NCBI GenBank assembly: GCA_964016885.1
Contig: OZ024742.1
Coordinates: forward strand, 40,176,001 to 40,240,000
Direction of reading: 5' to 3'
DNA: 64,000 nt
Origin: Eledone cirrhosa
Lineage: Eukaryota
In this document: one piece after another, positions 12,743-25,727 of the stretch
Numbering within the stretch: the first letter of the stretch is position 1
Layout: each line of letters begins with the position of its first letter
The notes under the pieces: model-generated
Told to the model about the DNA's origin: nothing
Seen by the model: the letters and a program-made list of their open reading frames with translations, nothing else
Databases searched by the model: none
Position numbers and translations under genes: made by a program

Positions 12743-12991
12743 ACAACATCAATTCGGTAGATATGTATGTGTGTCTGAATGCATGTGTGTGTGCAAGTAT
12801 GGATGTTATTGTATGCGTGGAGGTGTATGTTTTGAGTTATATGTGTACATGAGCATATATTTTGTATCTGTACATGTGTACTTGCAGTTATTACATGCAG
12901 AATTTTTATGTATGTATGCATGTATGTATGTATGTATGTGTGTTTGTATGCATGTATGTATGTGTGTATGTATGTATGTTTGTATGTATGT

Positions 12992-13509
12992 CAGGTCACT
13001 CTTGAGTGCTACTGGTAACATGTAACCCAGTACAACTTGTCTCATGATCAGGTCGTTGGCGACTAATCCGGCAACCCCACCAAACTTGCCTGGTGAGGAG
13101 GGTGATATTTGGACAACCTGTGGGGTGAAATACAAGACCCAGCAAAGGGAGGAGGAACTCAGCAGAGCCAATGGCCATCCAAATAATTTTTTTTTCACCT
13201 GGGAGTGAAAGGCCCCCAGTTGTTGCCACAACACTTTTCTAAGAGAGGGAAACTTTGAAAAAATACCTGCAGCTTCGGAAGCTTCCGATTATGTTGACCA
13301 GTTCTCCTTTTCGTGTAGTGTTTTTGGCATTCAGAGAGTGGGATTGGTCGAGTGCAAGGGCTTTCCCCACTTAAAAAACCTTAAAAGCACAGACATTGCT
13401 TGTTCAGGATATGTTACAGGTTCGTGTGGCTGGCCGTAGCCTAAAAGTGCACCAAACTCTATAATCTGACAAGCGATTGCAATACTCTTAGCAGAGTTTG
13501 CAGCCATCG
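12992..13509 (+). mobile_element. Non-coding retroposon sharing its 3' end with the RTE at 11787-12412
   Basis: Ends aatctgacaagcgattgcaatactcttagcagagt.tgcagccatc followed by (TATG)n, as at 12367-12412. Confidence 0.7.
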
Positions 13510-14050
13510 TGTATGTATGTATGTATGTATGTATATGTGTGTATGTTTGTTTGTATATATGTTTGTATGTGTAGCTGTTTATATATATATGTATTTTTCT
13601 ATATATTTATGCCTGCCTGTATGTACGTAGGTATATGTTAGTGTATGTGTTAAAGTACAGAAGTACTTTACTCATACAATTATTCTTAGTTCAATGTTTC
13701 TGTTTTGGCTTTCTCTTTTAATCTTGCCTCTCAGATACACACACACACATATACACACACACACATGTGTAGGTATATATATATACCATTATACACACAC
13801 AGGCACACATATGCCATTATTCATATGCACATATACATATACTGTTATACACACACATACATAGAGTATATGCCATTATACACACTCGCACACACATATA
13901 CATATATACCATTATATACACACATACATCTATTTACTGTCATGATACCTGATGTTGTTGAGATTAAGAAGTAGCTACAAAAAACAAACTAAACAGACTG
14001 ATAACATGTGCTACAGATATACACATAATATGAATAGAATATTTCATAAT

Positions 14051-14266
14051 TTAACCCTTTAGCATTTACATTACTTTATATTTACTATTATATTTTCACA
14101 GTAAAAGATTTATCTCACATAATATCAAATCTATGAGATTTTGATATTATTTATTTTGAGAACAATACCTTAACTTTAGTATGAGTGGCTGGTTACAACC
14201 AGTTTGAACAGAAAGAGGTGAGAGAATTCTGGCCAGATACGGCTGGTTTAAATGCTAAAGGGTTAA
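14051..14266 (-). mobile_element. piggyBac-type MITE (family 1)
   Basis: TTAA-ccctttagcattta...taaatgctaaaggg-TTAA: perfect TIRs and TTAA target. Confidence 0.9.
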
Positions 14267-14832
14267 CCCTTTATATTTTGAGACATACACCAGTAAGAAA
14301 TTTACAATTGTGAGATGGATGGGAGGAGGGATGGAAATGAAAGTGGAAGGAAATAGAGAAAGAGGAAGACCAAGAGAGACATGGCTACTGATAATGGAGG
14401 AGGAAACAAAAGCAAGAGGTCAGTGAGGTGGGATGCAATGGTAAGGTGAACTAGGGAAGTTTGTCATGATGTCCACAAGACTAACCCTTGCTTTAGTAAG
14501 GAATATGGCCTTAAAATGCTTGTTGTTGCAATTGTACATAAATAGAAAATATTGTAGACCTTACAGCAATAAGAAATAGCATAAATATCAAATATTTATG
14601 CTTGTCATGCTAATTTGATTTACAATTTCAGTTATATACTTCTTGCTTGAAATATACATTATTACTATAGTAGGAGTCTTCTGTAGATACAATCATAAGC
14701 ATAGTTATTTTCTGATAGGAGAACAAAATCTCTGAAATGCTTAATGGTAATCTCCTATATTTTTCTGTGTATAAAGGAATAGTAAAATGTGTTTACACTT
14801 CATTTTCTCTTAATGTATTTGTTAACCATCTA

Positions 14833-15112
14833 AAGAACTATGCTCAAACACCTACAGTGCTAAAACATGTTAAATACATAGGCATCCTAAGGTTAACACA
14901 TATTTTCAATGACATTAATTTTCTTCTGTTATATGAAAGGATTGTTAATGAATAATGAATATAATTAACTAAGAACTATGCTCAAACACCTACAATGCTA
15001 AAACATAGTTAATTATATTCATTATTCATTAACAATCCTTTCATATAACAGAAGAAAATTAATGTCATTGAAAATATGTGTTAACCTTAGGATGCCTATG
15101 TATTTAACATGT
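14833..15112. repeat. Perfect 107-bp inverted duplication whose spacer is a duplicated 36-bp block
   Basis: 14865-14971 is the reverse complement of 15006-15112; the spacer repeats 14833-14868 with one mismatch. Confidence 0.95.
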
Positions 15113-15134
15113 ATAAAAACAGTTTTCATAAGGT

Positions 15135-15750
15135 ATTGAATTAGCAGAGTTGTTAGGGTGTTGTATTAAATGCTTCAGTATTTCTTCCAGCATATTGTGC
15201 TTTAAATTCAAATCCCACCGAGGTCAAATTTGTGTTTTGAGGTTTTTAAATAAAGTAGTAGTCCAGTGTATGGCAATTGGCAGTGTCGTTAGAACATCAG
15301 ATAGAGTGTTTTGTGGTATTTGTTCCAGCTCTCTGCTCTCTGAGTTCAAATCCCACCATGGTCAACTTTGCCTTTCATCTTTTCAAGGTTGATAAAAAAA
15401 GTACCAGTGAAGTACTGGGGTCGATTCTTCCTCTATATCTTTTGCTCATTTCTGATCTCTCACTTTCTATCTTTCTTTGAAAGAAATCTGCTGTATTCAG
15501 ACCTGGAGAAGGAAGAGCTCCGTCAGGTTTAAAATGCCCAAGAAACACTGTATGTCACTACGGTGCACCTACAACGCCATCAGGAGGTACAGGACCATAG
15601 ATAGTAGTCCAGTACTGGGGCTGATTTTGTTCTATGCCTCTTTCTAACTTACTCTCTGGAAAAAGTTTAGGTCTGGAAGGGAATGGGCTTTGCCAGATTT
15701 AAATGCACAAGTATATTACTATAACGGAATACCAAATTAAAGGTCCATAC
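15135..15750 (+). mobile_element. Tandem family 1-related SINEs with an alternative 3' tail
   Basis: Head and core as family 1, then tail ..ggtttaaaatgcccaagaaacactgtatgtc..cctacaac..ggaccata, also seen at about 6200-6325 and 40290-40840. Confidence 0.7.
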
Positions 15751-16001
15751 CTTGACTCTGTCTTCCATACTCCCAGACAAGTAATGAAGGCATGAATAAT
15801 TTTTTTTTTTCAGTAACTAATTTGAACTTCAAACTCCAACTTAATGATATATCATCACATAGAGAGTAATTGTTAAATTAACAATCCAATTTTTCTTGTT
15901 TTTTTTTATGTTTTTTCTTTATCTTATTTACTTATTTGACAATTTATTTATTTATTTATCTATTTATTTGTTTAGTTACTTAATAGTAATTTTTCTTGCA
16001 G

Positions 16002-16086
16002 CACAGGATTGATACGAAGAGCTGCGAACCAGAAGACATTCTTGTTATTCACCGAGTCTGATAGTTTGTACTGGGAGCCATCTTAG
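16002..16086 (+). CDS. Possible terminal exon of an unidentified plus-strand gene
   Basis: Pyrimidine-rich acceptor ttttcttgcag|cacag; apparently unique CpG-containing sequence (HRIDTKSCEPEDILVIHRV* or LIRRAANQKTFLLFTESDSLYWEPS*); A-rich UTR-like sequence follows. No homology recognised. Confidence 0.3.
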
Positions 16087-17829
16087 AAAGAAAAAAACAA
16101 CTATAACAAAAAAAAAAAAAACGAATAAGTAGAAACAGGAAAAATGGAAGAGAATAAGTTATAAAAACCAAAAAAAAAAATGATTACCAATTTGATGGCT
16201 TCCTTATTGCCAAAATAACATTTCCAATCGATCCATCACACAACCAAAGTTTTTGTACTGAATGTACATTGTATATTGATGAATAATTGTATGTATGTAT
16301 CTGTGCGTGTGTGTGGGGAGGTTAAAGGTGATCCCCTTCTCCTCTTCTCAAGAGGAATTTAAGTCTAAAGCTCTGGTTATAAAATGAACAACCAATATCA
16401 TATATGATAGATTGCTGAAAGATTTCCGTCTAAATATTACCTTGGAGAATTATTGTTACAAAAAGTAGTAATGGTTTCTAATTTAGGCATGAGGCCAGCA
16501 ATCTAGGAGGAGAGAAAGAGCATTACATCAACCCCAGTACTTGACTTATACTTTATTTTATAAACTCTTGAAGGAGGAAAGGCTAAGTTGACCATGTCAG
16601 AATTCTAAAAGGTCTAAAGTCTTTCTTGAGCTTGGAGGATCATCAGGCTGGTGCTTATCCCAGTTTTCATGGCATAAAGCAACTGAGAGTACAAGACTCT
16701 CCCCTGGATAGGACACCAGTCCATTTTAGGGTTAAACCCCTATCTATTGCTGGTACTCATTTTCAGCTGAGTATACTGAAGCAATGTGAAATGAAGTGCT
16801 TTACTCAAGAACACAACACACAATCCAGCCCAGGAATTGAAGCCATAACATTATGATCATAATTCCAACACCCTTACCAGGTGAAAAGCCATAACTATAT
16901 TCAGAGTTGTAACAGGTGGTGCTCTGGAAACAGTGGTTTTTGAAGCTTGCTATTGTTTTTATTGCCTGTGATCTTGTTTTCCATCCTCTTTCTTCTTCTA
17001 CTTTTCCAGTTCTGAGAAGAATGTCCTTATGTTGCTCTTACTACGACAGACCTTGCAACTGAGATTTTTGTCCTATTCCATAAATCTGATTGGTTTCGCT
17101 TCTGTCCTAAAATGTCAGTATTATATTGTTATATCTGGAGATCATCATAACTATAAATCAATAGAAATGGAAAAAGTGGACAGAAATGTCTGTAGAAATC
17201 AATCAAGGAAGAGGGTGGCTGATGCAACAGGTGCTGCTGGCCATTCTCTGTGGCAATGCATTCACCATTTATCTGCAGGGTATAGCTGAAACATACCACT
17301 CAGACTGGGATGTAAAGTCTTTCGTTGCTCCCTTTCCCTTTATTTCGTTGATGAAATTATTTTTTTCTTTTTCTTTTTTATCTTTTCTTTCTTTTTCATT
17401 TCCTTATTGCCATTTATATTGTACAATATAATTAGCTTTTACTTATAGTTGCCTGCATTGTGACTGATTTATTTTCAAGTTTCCCCAATGTTTCATAAAT
17501 TAATCATACATTCATTTATATATATATATACACACATCAATGCGAGCATGGAAAGTGGATGTTGAACGATGATGATATATATTTATAAATGAAAGTATAG
17601 AAATTATTGTGAGCATGAAGCCAACAGTATTTCATAAGTGACTATAACGTCAAAATGGAAAAATAATTAACGTAAGATGTGGGAAAATAATTCAAACTCA
17701 ATTAAAAAAAGATCAAGACATAGATTTATCCACAGATTTTGTGAAATCCAGGGAGAAACCAATAGAGTCTTAACTCTGAATAAAATAAAGTTTAAATACT
17801 CATCCTTCAATTTGGAAAAACTACAAATG

Positions 17830-17908
17830 CTCTATATAGTCTTAAAAAGACTATTTCACAAAACTTTTCAGTGGGGATGGTCACGGTTGGAGTCATTCAT
17901 CAGTAGAG
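17830..17908 (-). ncRNA. Type I hammerhead motif with long stem III
   Basis: CUCUA-CUGAUGA-(weak stem II, long loop)-GAAA-UAGUCUU uuu AAGACUA-UA-UAGAG. Confidence 0.6.
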
Positions 17909-18339
17909 TTAAAACACGATAACCCTAGTACCACTGCTAGAATATGCCAAAAAGGGAATTTAAAAGCAGGCTAGTTCACCTCGTGCGTAATTATGAAAAT
18001 AAACACACATGGAGAGACATGGCTGGTGACGTCAGAATGAGACAAATGTCTATTTACAAGAAACAGCAGTCAAAAAACATTCCAAAAAAACTCTACAAAA
18101 TGTAAGGAGTTCATCAAAATAGCAATATACATATAATTTTTTTTTGGGGGGGGGGGGGGGGGGCGTCGTTTTGGAAGCCTCAACAATGCAGATGGGTAAA
18201 TCTCCAGGTAACAGAATCCGGTGATGAAGAGAGAAATGTAAGGGAATGTAGAATGAGATGTATAGCGTGTAGAGGAACGTAGGAAAGAGCGTAAAAAATA
18301 AAAAAATAAAAACATCTAACACCACCCTCTCTCCGTAAA

Positions 18340-18645
18340 GTTGGTACCACACATCCAGTCCAAATAAATGAGATAATGAGATCGAGATCAAGATCATGTA
18401 GGTATCACGACAAAAAAAACATACAGTCCACGCTATAATGTGGTCGTGTAGGTAACACGGTAAAAAGTTCCCAGTCAGCATTGTAAATGTGGTTGGTGTT
18501 AGGAAGGGCATCCAGCTGTAGTAAACCTGCCAGATAGTCCTATATGAGTGAGACACAGTCACCCGACCAACCTTGCCTCAAATTGGGACAACTCCTATCT
18601 AACCCATGCTAGCATGGAAGATGGATGTTAAACGATGATGATGAT
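18340..18645 (+). mobile_element. Short retroposon ending in an RTE-like (GAT)n tail
   Basis: gtggttggtgttaggaagggcatccagc..ctaacccatgctagcatggaag..gttaaacgatgatg; close inverted copy at 26887-27180. Confidence 0.75.
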
Positions 18646-20122
18646 ATATATATATACATGGAGAAATATATATATATTGTCTAACACAGCATAGCACCAT
18701 AACTAAATTGGATGATGTTTATTTTAGTTTAATATTGTTTGAAATTTTCTTAAAGATGAGGGTTATTTCAATGAGAATCTTTTTGGTAGTTCTTGGGGTG
18801 ATTATAGAGTGCTTTAGTAAAGTACATAATATATAATTCTTTTCTTTCTAAAGCTTTGATCACAATGGTTATTACTACTCTGATATTTATGCCCTATTTT
18901 GCTTGCTATGTCTGTCAGTGAATCATATTTAGAATGATATTTAGAATGATATTTGCTCCCCTGTCATCCTGTGCTGTTTCCTTCATTATTGATATATGTT
19001 TCTGTCCAAGAGACTTGTCATATCAATCATAGTGCACTCTGTATTTTAGTGTGTAAGTCTTCTTAGATTATATCTGATGTGATCTTCCTTTCTGTCTGTG
19101 TTAATGTACACTGACATATCCCACTGAATTGCTACTTAATCATCACCATCACTATATTATCCTCATCCCCACCACCATCACCATCATCATTACTATTACA
19201 CACACCATCAACATCACTATCATCATTCGTATCACTGTCATCACCACCACCATCATCTTAATCTTCATCATCATCACCATAACTCTTTGTATCTTGTTTC
19301 ATCATCATCATCAATATAATTTGGACAATTATGGTGGTGAATTGGTAAAATCATTAGAAAGTTGACTAAAATACCTCAGGGTATTTAGTTATGGCTGTTT
19401 ATATTCTGAGTTCAAATCTGATATGTTCAATATTAAACTTTCATTTCTGTGGGGTAATAAAATGAAGTACATAACCTATTATTGTTTGTTTAGTGGTGTG
19501 TTCTTAATACAGGAGAGGATCCAGTCAACAGATTGGACCAAGAAAGCAATGTTTTCATTGGTCTTTCCATTGCTGATACTATCTGCTGGAACATATACTA
19601 TACAACATACTGTCCACTTCAGTAACAAATCTACCAATCCACTGCCCTGGTACTTTATTTTATTGATCTTGAAAGAGTGAAAGGCAGAATTGACCTCAGT
19701 GGGATTTGAACTCTGTGCAGTGAGCTAGAACGAATGAGAGGTACTTAATTACAACTCTGTTAATTTGCCCTTCAGGCATCAGCAGAAGCGCATTCATGTG
19801 TGGCCTAGTCCCTTTAGAGTATAAGGAGTTAGAGTTGCATGAAAGGGTCTTTTTCTCTGAAAATCTTTTGCAGTCCAGATGTACTAGATGTTTTTTCCTA
19901 TCTAAAGTCATTCATTTCCCTGCCCTTTTCTCTATTTCCTTTAGTTCTATCATCTTCCAGCACATTACATTAAGTCTATAATTTATAAGTCGTATATCTA
20001 ATGTATTAATGCTGTAACATTATTCATTTATTCTTTTACTTTTTTTTTTATTATTCATAACACTGTGGCCATACTGGAGCACCACCTGATTTAGTGATTC
20101 TTTGTTTATACTTTAATCTGTG

Positions 20123-20163
<41 letters not shown>

Positions 20164-20689
20164 GGTCATATTGGAGTTTACCAATATATATCCTGGTAAA
20201 GATTATAGAAGCTCAATGCTAAACAGTATCCTTGGTCCAGCAGTAACCAAAAAAGGCTGAGGCAGTTTTTAGCTTCTGTAGATTCCGCTATAGACTGTTA
20301 TGGCACAGACTGCAGAGCTCAAAATTTAATAAATTGAGAGTGAATAACCAATTTATATATACAAATGAAATATCAACAGAAAAGCAGTGATAGAAACACA
20401 CAACAAAAATGTCTCTGAGGCTGAGAAAGCAACCTTACTTTAGGCCTCATTGCAATTGAGTAAAGCTTGGTAGTTTGTATTATACTTTTGCTAACGATTT
20501 TAGGTGTTTATGTAGCAAAGATAGACACCCTCTTTCCTTTGATCCAGTGGAACAGTCAATATGTGAAAGGAAAGAGTGCTGCACTAGCACCAAGCTGGTA
20601 CTTTCTTTATTGACTCTGTAAGGATGAAAGGCAAAGTAGACCTTGTTGAAATTTGAACTTGGAACACAAAAATCGTGAAGAAATATCCC

Positions 20690-20980
20690 CTGCTCTAATG
20701 TTTCTGTCAAATCAACCACTTTATCAGCAGAAAATAATATATCAGTAAAAGAAATGAAGAAATTATCCAAATATAAAGATCTTAAAATATAGATAACTGA
20801 AATGCGGGGACTAAAAACAAAAACAATCTCTATAATAATAGTTTTCTTGGGAATGATTTAAAATGGTTCAGAAAAATATATAAACAAAATCCTGGGACTT
20901 GCACATATGCACAGCATACAGAGAATAGCACTACTATTACTAAGTACTTAACACATTACAGAGATTATTTTCAATACAAC
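20690..20980 (+). mobile_element. R4/Dong-type LINE C-terminal (RLE) fragment
   Basis: NISVKEMKKLSKYKDLKI..TISIIIVFLGMI..IQRIALL, homologous to the end of the 53385-56112 element. Confidence 0.65.
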
Positions 20981-21519
20981 AGAAAATACGAAACCCAAAC
21001 AAGCAAACAGTAAAAATTACATTAACAACAATAATGAAAATATCAATAACAATAGTAGCAACAACACTAATAATATTAACAACAGCAATAACAGCAATAA
21101 TAATATTAACAACAATAATAACAGCAATAATATCAACAACAATAATAACAGCAATAATAATATCAACAACAACAATAATATCAATATACTAAGACATTCA
21201 CTCACAAATCCAGATTATGGTAGATTATATGGCTTGAATGATATAAAACATGTCAACATTTCTATGATTCTATAACAATTATTTTCACTGCTTATCAGCA
21301 AGAATTCTGTTGAGATATGAATAGACCAGAATTAACCTTTTCGTTGCCATATAATGGAAGACGCTGCCTATGATTTTCAAATCAAGAATATGGATGCAAT
21401 TTCTAATATAACTAACTTTCTTATTATTGAACTGGTGTTTGGAGCACAATGGTTCCTACATGAAATTATGATGGAAGGCTTTAGATAAATATAAACTCTT
21501 TTGAAACCTAGAATTGGTG

Positions 21520-21880
21520 ATGATAAAAAACATCCAGTCCACTCTCTAAAGTGGTCGTGTTTGGGACATGACAAAAACACCCAGTCCACTCTGTAAAGTG
21601 GTCGTGTTGGTGACATGGCAAAAAACACCCAGTCCACTCTTTAAAGTGTTCATGTTTGTGATATGACAAAAAAACACCCAGTCCACTCTCTAAAGTAGTC
21701 GTGTTTGGAACATGACAAAAACACCCAGCCACCCTGTAAAGTGGTCGTGTTGGTGACATGACAAAAAACACCCAGTCCACCCTGTAAAGTGGTTGTGTTG
21801 GTGACACAACAAAAGGCACCTAGTCCAACCTGTCAGTCATTTTGATGCCATGATAAAAAAACCCAGTTCACGCTGTAAAT
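21520..21880. repeat. About 47-bp minisatellite, about 7 copies, at the 5' side of a retroposon tail
   Basis: Unit acaaaaaacacccagtccactctgtaaagtggtcgtgttggtgacatg; runs into ggttggtgttaggaatggcatcc. Confidence 0.9.
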
Positions 21881-23546
21881 GTGGTTGGTGTTAGGAATGG
21901 CATCCAATTGTTGAATCCATGCCAGAAACAGCATGAGAAAGACATGGTCGCCTGATTTGACTTGTTTCACAACAGGAAAACTCGTCTAACCCATGCTAGC
22001 ATGGGAAAATTGACATTAAACAGTGATGATGATGAATCAGATGGTTTTTGCAGGGCTGGAAGGAAAAGAGTTAAAATGAAAGACATGGCAGCTGAAGAAA
22101 AATCTTACTGTTTCGAGAAACTTATTTCAAACAATGAAATGAACTCAAGAAATCATCTGGAAAATACAGAACAATAAAATCAACAACAACACAAATATAC
22201 ACCAAGTAGTGTTGCAGATCAGATGATGTTTATGTTTTTTTCTTCTCACAACATCATCATAATCATCATTTTGATTTCTGTGTTGGCATGAAATACACGA
22301 AAAGTATGTATATAATCATACACATTTATATATGTAAATATGTTATTTATGTATTTCTCTGTAGATGAACAGCTTGATTCAAGTTTCAGTTTTTATTGTA
22401 AACATGTTCAGAAACTACATTTCTTACAACCCAAGGAAAAATGTGTAGCTATCAGTATAATCATATAGAAAGTGGTACAACTAATTTGCTGTCACTGTCA
22501 CATTTGATAGGTTTAAAATGACTTTTGTTTGTTTTTTCCTTCGGTTGTGAGAGATGCAGGCAGTTTCTGAAGGTTATACCAATAACCAAAACTCAAGTCA
22601 AGCTGTTCATCGTTTTCAATTTATAGAGAAATATATAATGAATATATATTTACATATTTACATATACAAATGTGTGTGATTACATACACAACTTCAGTTA
22701 AATCTTGTACTATTTCATTACTTATATGAATTTATAATCTACTTCAGCTGCTTAGTGCACAATCAAATGTATATGAATATCTACGTTCCTTTCCTTTTTT
22801 AACTTGTGTCCTTCTGCTTAATACTTCACACAAATATTTCAAATAGCACTGTTAAACCAAAATGATTGTGGACACACCTTATATATAGAGAGAAATAATT
22901 TAAAGCATTGTGTAAAATTTGATTATCAGTTGATACTGCATGGAAGAGATACTGCATGGAAAATTGGAGTTGTAGGTTTAGAATTATACAAAAGCCATCC
23001 TGAAAAGAAAGGTATACTTACAAAACCACATAATGTATGATTAGATGAAAACAGAAAGTAATGAATTAGAATAAGATCAAGCCTACACATATCTAGAAAT
23101 AGATAAACAGGACTGACTGCAACACTGATGAGATAAAAAGGAAAACCAAGATCTGGTTATTATAGCTGCATTAAAATAGTATTCAGAACAGAACAAAATG
23201 CTAAGAAGAAAGTTATAGGCTTTAATACATTATACCGGTTTAAGTTGCAGTTTTAAAGTAATAAAGTGGATGTTGGATGAATTGAGATAAGACAGAAAAA
23301 CAAGTAAATTATTGACAGCATTTACAATACATCACATTAAAGCAGACATTGACAGGTTTATATTCAAATTAAGCATAGAAGAAGGGAGTATTCACGCATT
23401 AAGAAATCTGCTGTATGATAAATACTATTGGGTTACAATAAACAGCATGGCAGAAAATACATTAGATTTATGTAGTAAAGAAATATGACAATTGCATGAA
23501 ATTGAATTGTTATTTATTTTCAAGGAGGTTTACAATAAAGAAGCTG

Positions 23547-23612
23547 GAGAGAGAGTGTGGGAGAGAGAGGGAGAGAGCGAGCGAGAGAGAGAGAGAGAGA
23601 GAGGGAGAAAGA

Positions 23613-23678
<66 letters not shown>
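23547..23678. repeat. (AG)n microsatellite
   Basis: Directly visible. Confidence 0.99.
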
Positions 23679-23680
<2 letters not shown>

Positions 23681-25069
23681 TGAATTTGCTCAGTAAAGAA
23701 TAAAATGAAAGAAACGAATAAACAAGATAACAATTTTGAAATAGAATATGCTAAATAGATGGCTGTCAAATCCATATATGTACATTGTCCTATCTAAATT
23801 TAAATATCCAAGCAGAAAACAAAACATGGGTTTGCACATGGAAAGTTCCTTCTCATGATGCAAACCTGAGGAAATTGTTTAGTGAAAAACTAACAGCTGC
23901 CCATGCATGCCAGTCTCCCCACTCTTCACCTCTATGTTGTCCAAGGGAAAGGCAAAATCTGATACAGCTTGTGTCATTGCAACTAATTTTCCCCAACCAT
24001 TTAGAACAATATTATTGAATCCAGAAATCAGGCATTAAAACTGGCCATAACTGGCTGCTCATACTGATGTTAAGGTATTGTTCTCAAAATAAATAATATC
24101 AAAATTTCGTAGATTCGATATTATGTGAGATAATGACTTTACTGTGAAAATATATATAATAGTAAATATAGAGTAATGTAAATGCTAAATGCTGAAACTG
24201 AAGGGAATTTGTTTTATCATAAAAAAAACTACAGCATGAGACCAATACTAAGTACCTTTTGTTTTATCACATTAAGGAGTGAAGAAATACATTTTTAGCA
24301 GAACCCCTGACCTTATTATGACTATACACCTTCACCAAATATAAAAACAATTGTATTGCAGAATTAAATTTATGTAACACAATGTTTTGTTACACAATAC
24401 ATAACATAATGCAAAATATTCAATATGTAACATAGTTGCAGTGACATAATACACAATGGTTTCTAATTTAGGCACCAGGCCAGTAATTTTTTTTATACTG
24501 GCTGTGATGGAAGTGGGGTTAAAGGAGAGTCGATTAAATCATCCCCAGTACTTGATTAGTACATTAATTTAGCGACCCCAGAAGGATGAAAAGTAAAGTT
24601 GACTTTGGTATTATTTCACCTCAGAATGTAAAAAGTCATAAATACCATTAACTACAGACCTAAAAGGAAATTAAGTAAAAAAATAATTACTGCTCACATC
24701 TATGTAGGTTTAGCTGGTCTCCTATGAGGTTTCTCAAGTGTTTTAATGATAGAGGTCCCAGACCTACCATGAAAACCACCATGAAATAAAGAAGTTTTGC
24801 TGAAGAACACAATGCACCACCCAGTCCAGGAAGGGAAACCATGAAGTTATGATCATGAGTCCAACACTCTAACCACTTGGCCACAATAATACATAAAATA
24901 TATGAAATGTTATGTAATGCAACTAATATTACACTATTATGTAACATGATGTTATGTAATCTTTAACAGAATGGATAATGCACCTTCTTGTGATAAAGCT
25001 TGATTTAATAAGATAAAATAAAGTTTGATGTAACACTGTTACATGTAACGCATGATAGAGATGAATAAT

Positions 25070-25248
25070 TGTTTCTACTTTAGGCACAAGGCCAGCAATT
25101 ACCCAGTACATTACTGGTACTTTATTTTATCGACCCCGTAAGGATGAAAGGCAAAGTTAACCTCGGCGGGATTTGAACTCAGATCGTAAAGGACGTAACT
25201 ATGCTGGAAAGCATGGCGTCCGACTCTCTACTAATACTGCCAATCCAC
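25070..25248 (-). mobile_element. Full-length young family 1 SINE (short form) with 21-bp TSD
   Basis: cgcatgatagagatgaataat at 25049-25069 and 25249-25269; A-box-like ggcggtggattggcag and B-box gttcaaatccc on the minus strand. Confidence 0.95.
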
Positions 25249-25330
25249 CGCATGATAGAGATGAATAATGTAAGTAGATCTGTCCTTCCAGTTCAATATA
25301 CAGGCTTATATCATAAATATATATATATAT

Positions 25331-25655
25331 TTCGTTTCTGAATTTGTTTAGCAAGATTCTTTATCTGAAATCGTGTGTTGAAACCGATATTGTTATACTT
25401 TGGGAGGGTCATGTTGCCAATAAGAAACACACGCACCAGTTGCTTTCACTTCAATTTATTATATATTTATAAATTTATAAATTTACAAATCTACAAACTT
25501 ATAAATTTCTGGTTGGTTGGTTGGTTCCACAACCAGATAGTTGTTTATATATATAGTCATAGTCCTTTCGTCACACACTCTGTGACCTCTTCAGTGACTG
25601 GGGATTCCTTTCTTCGTTTCTGTGCCTTTTCTTTCTTCTATCCTATGCCATTTTT
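25331..25655 (-). mobile_element. Solo 3' pLTR of the PLE family at 1133-3384
   Basis: Near-identical to 1133-1455 and in a TA context. Confidence 0.95.
25555..25599 (-). ncRNA. Minimal hammerhead ribozyme, identical to 1356-1400
   Basis: Same sequence and fold. Confidence 0.8.
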
Positions 25656-25657
25656 TG

Positions 25658-25723
<66 letters not shown>

Positions 25724-25727
<4 letters not shown>

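Noticed and set aside
17029-17290. Coding exon
   Set aside because: Faint resemblance to an RLE-type retrotransposon C-terminus; no consistent frame.
21520-21880. CRISPR-like array
   Set aside because: Contiguous tandem units derived from a retroposon; no spacers.
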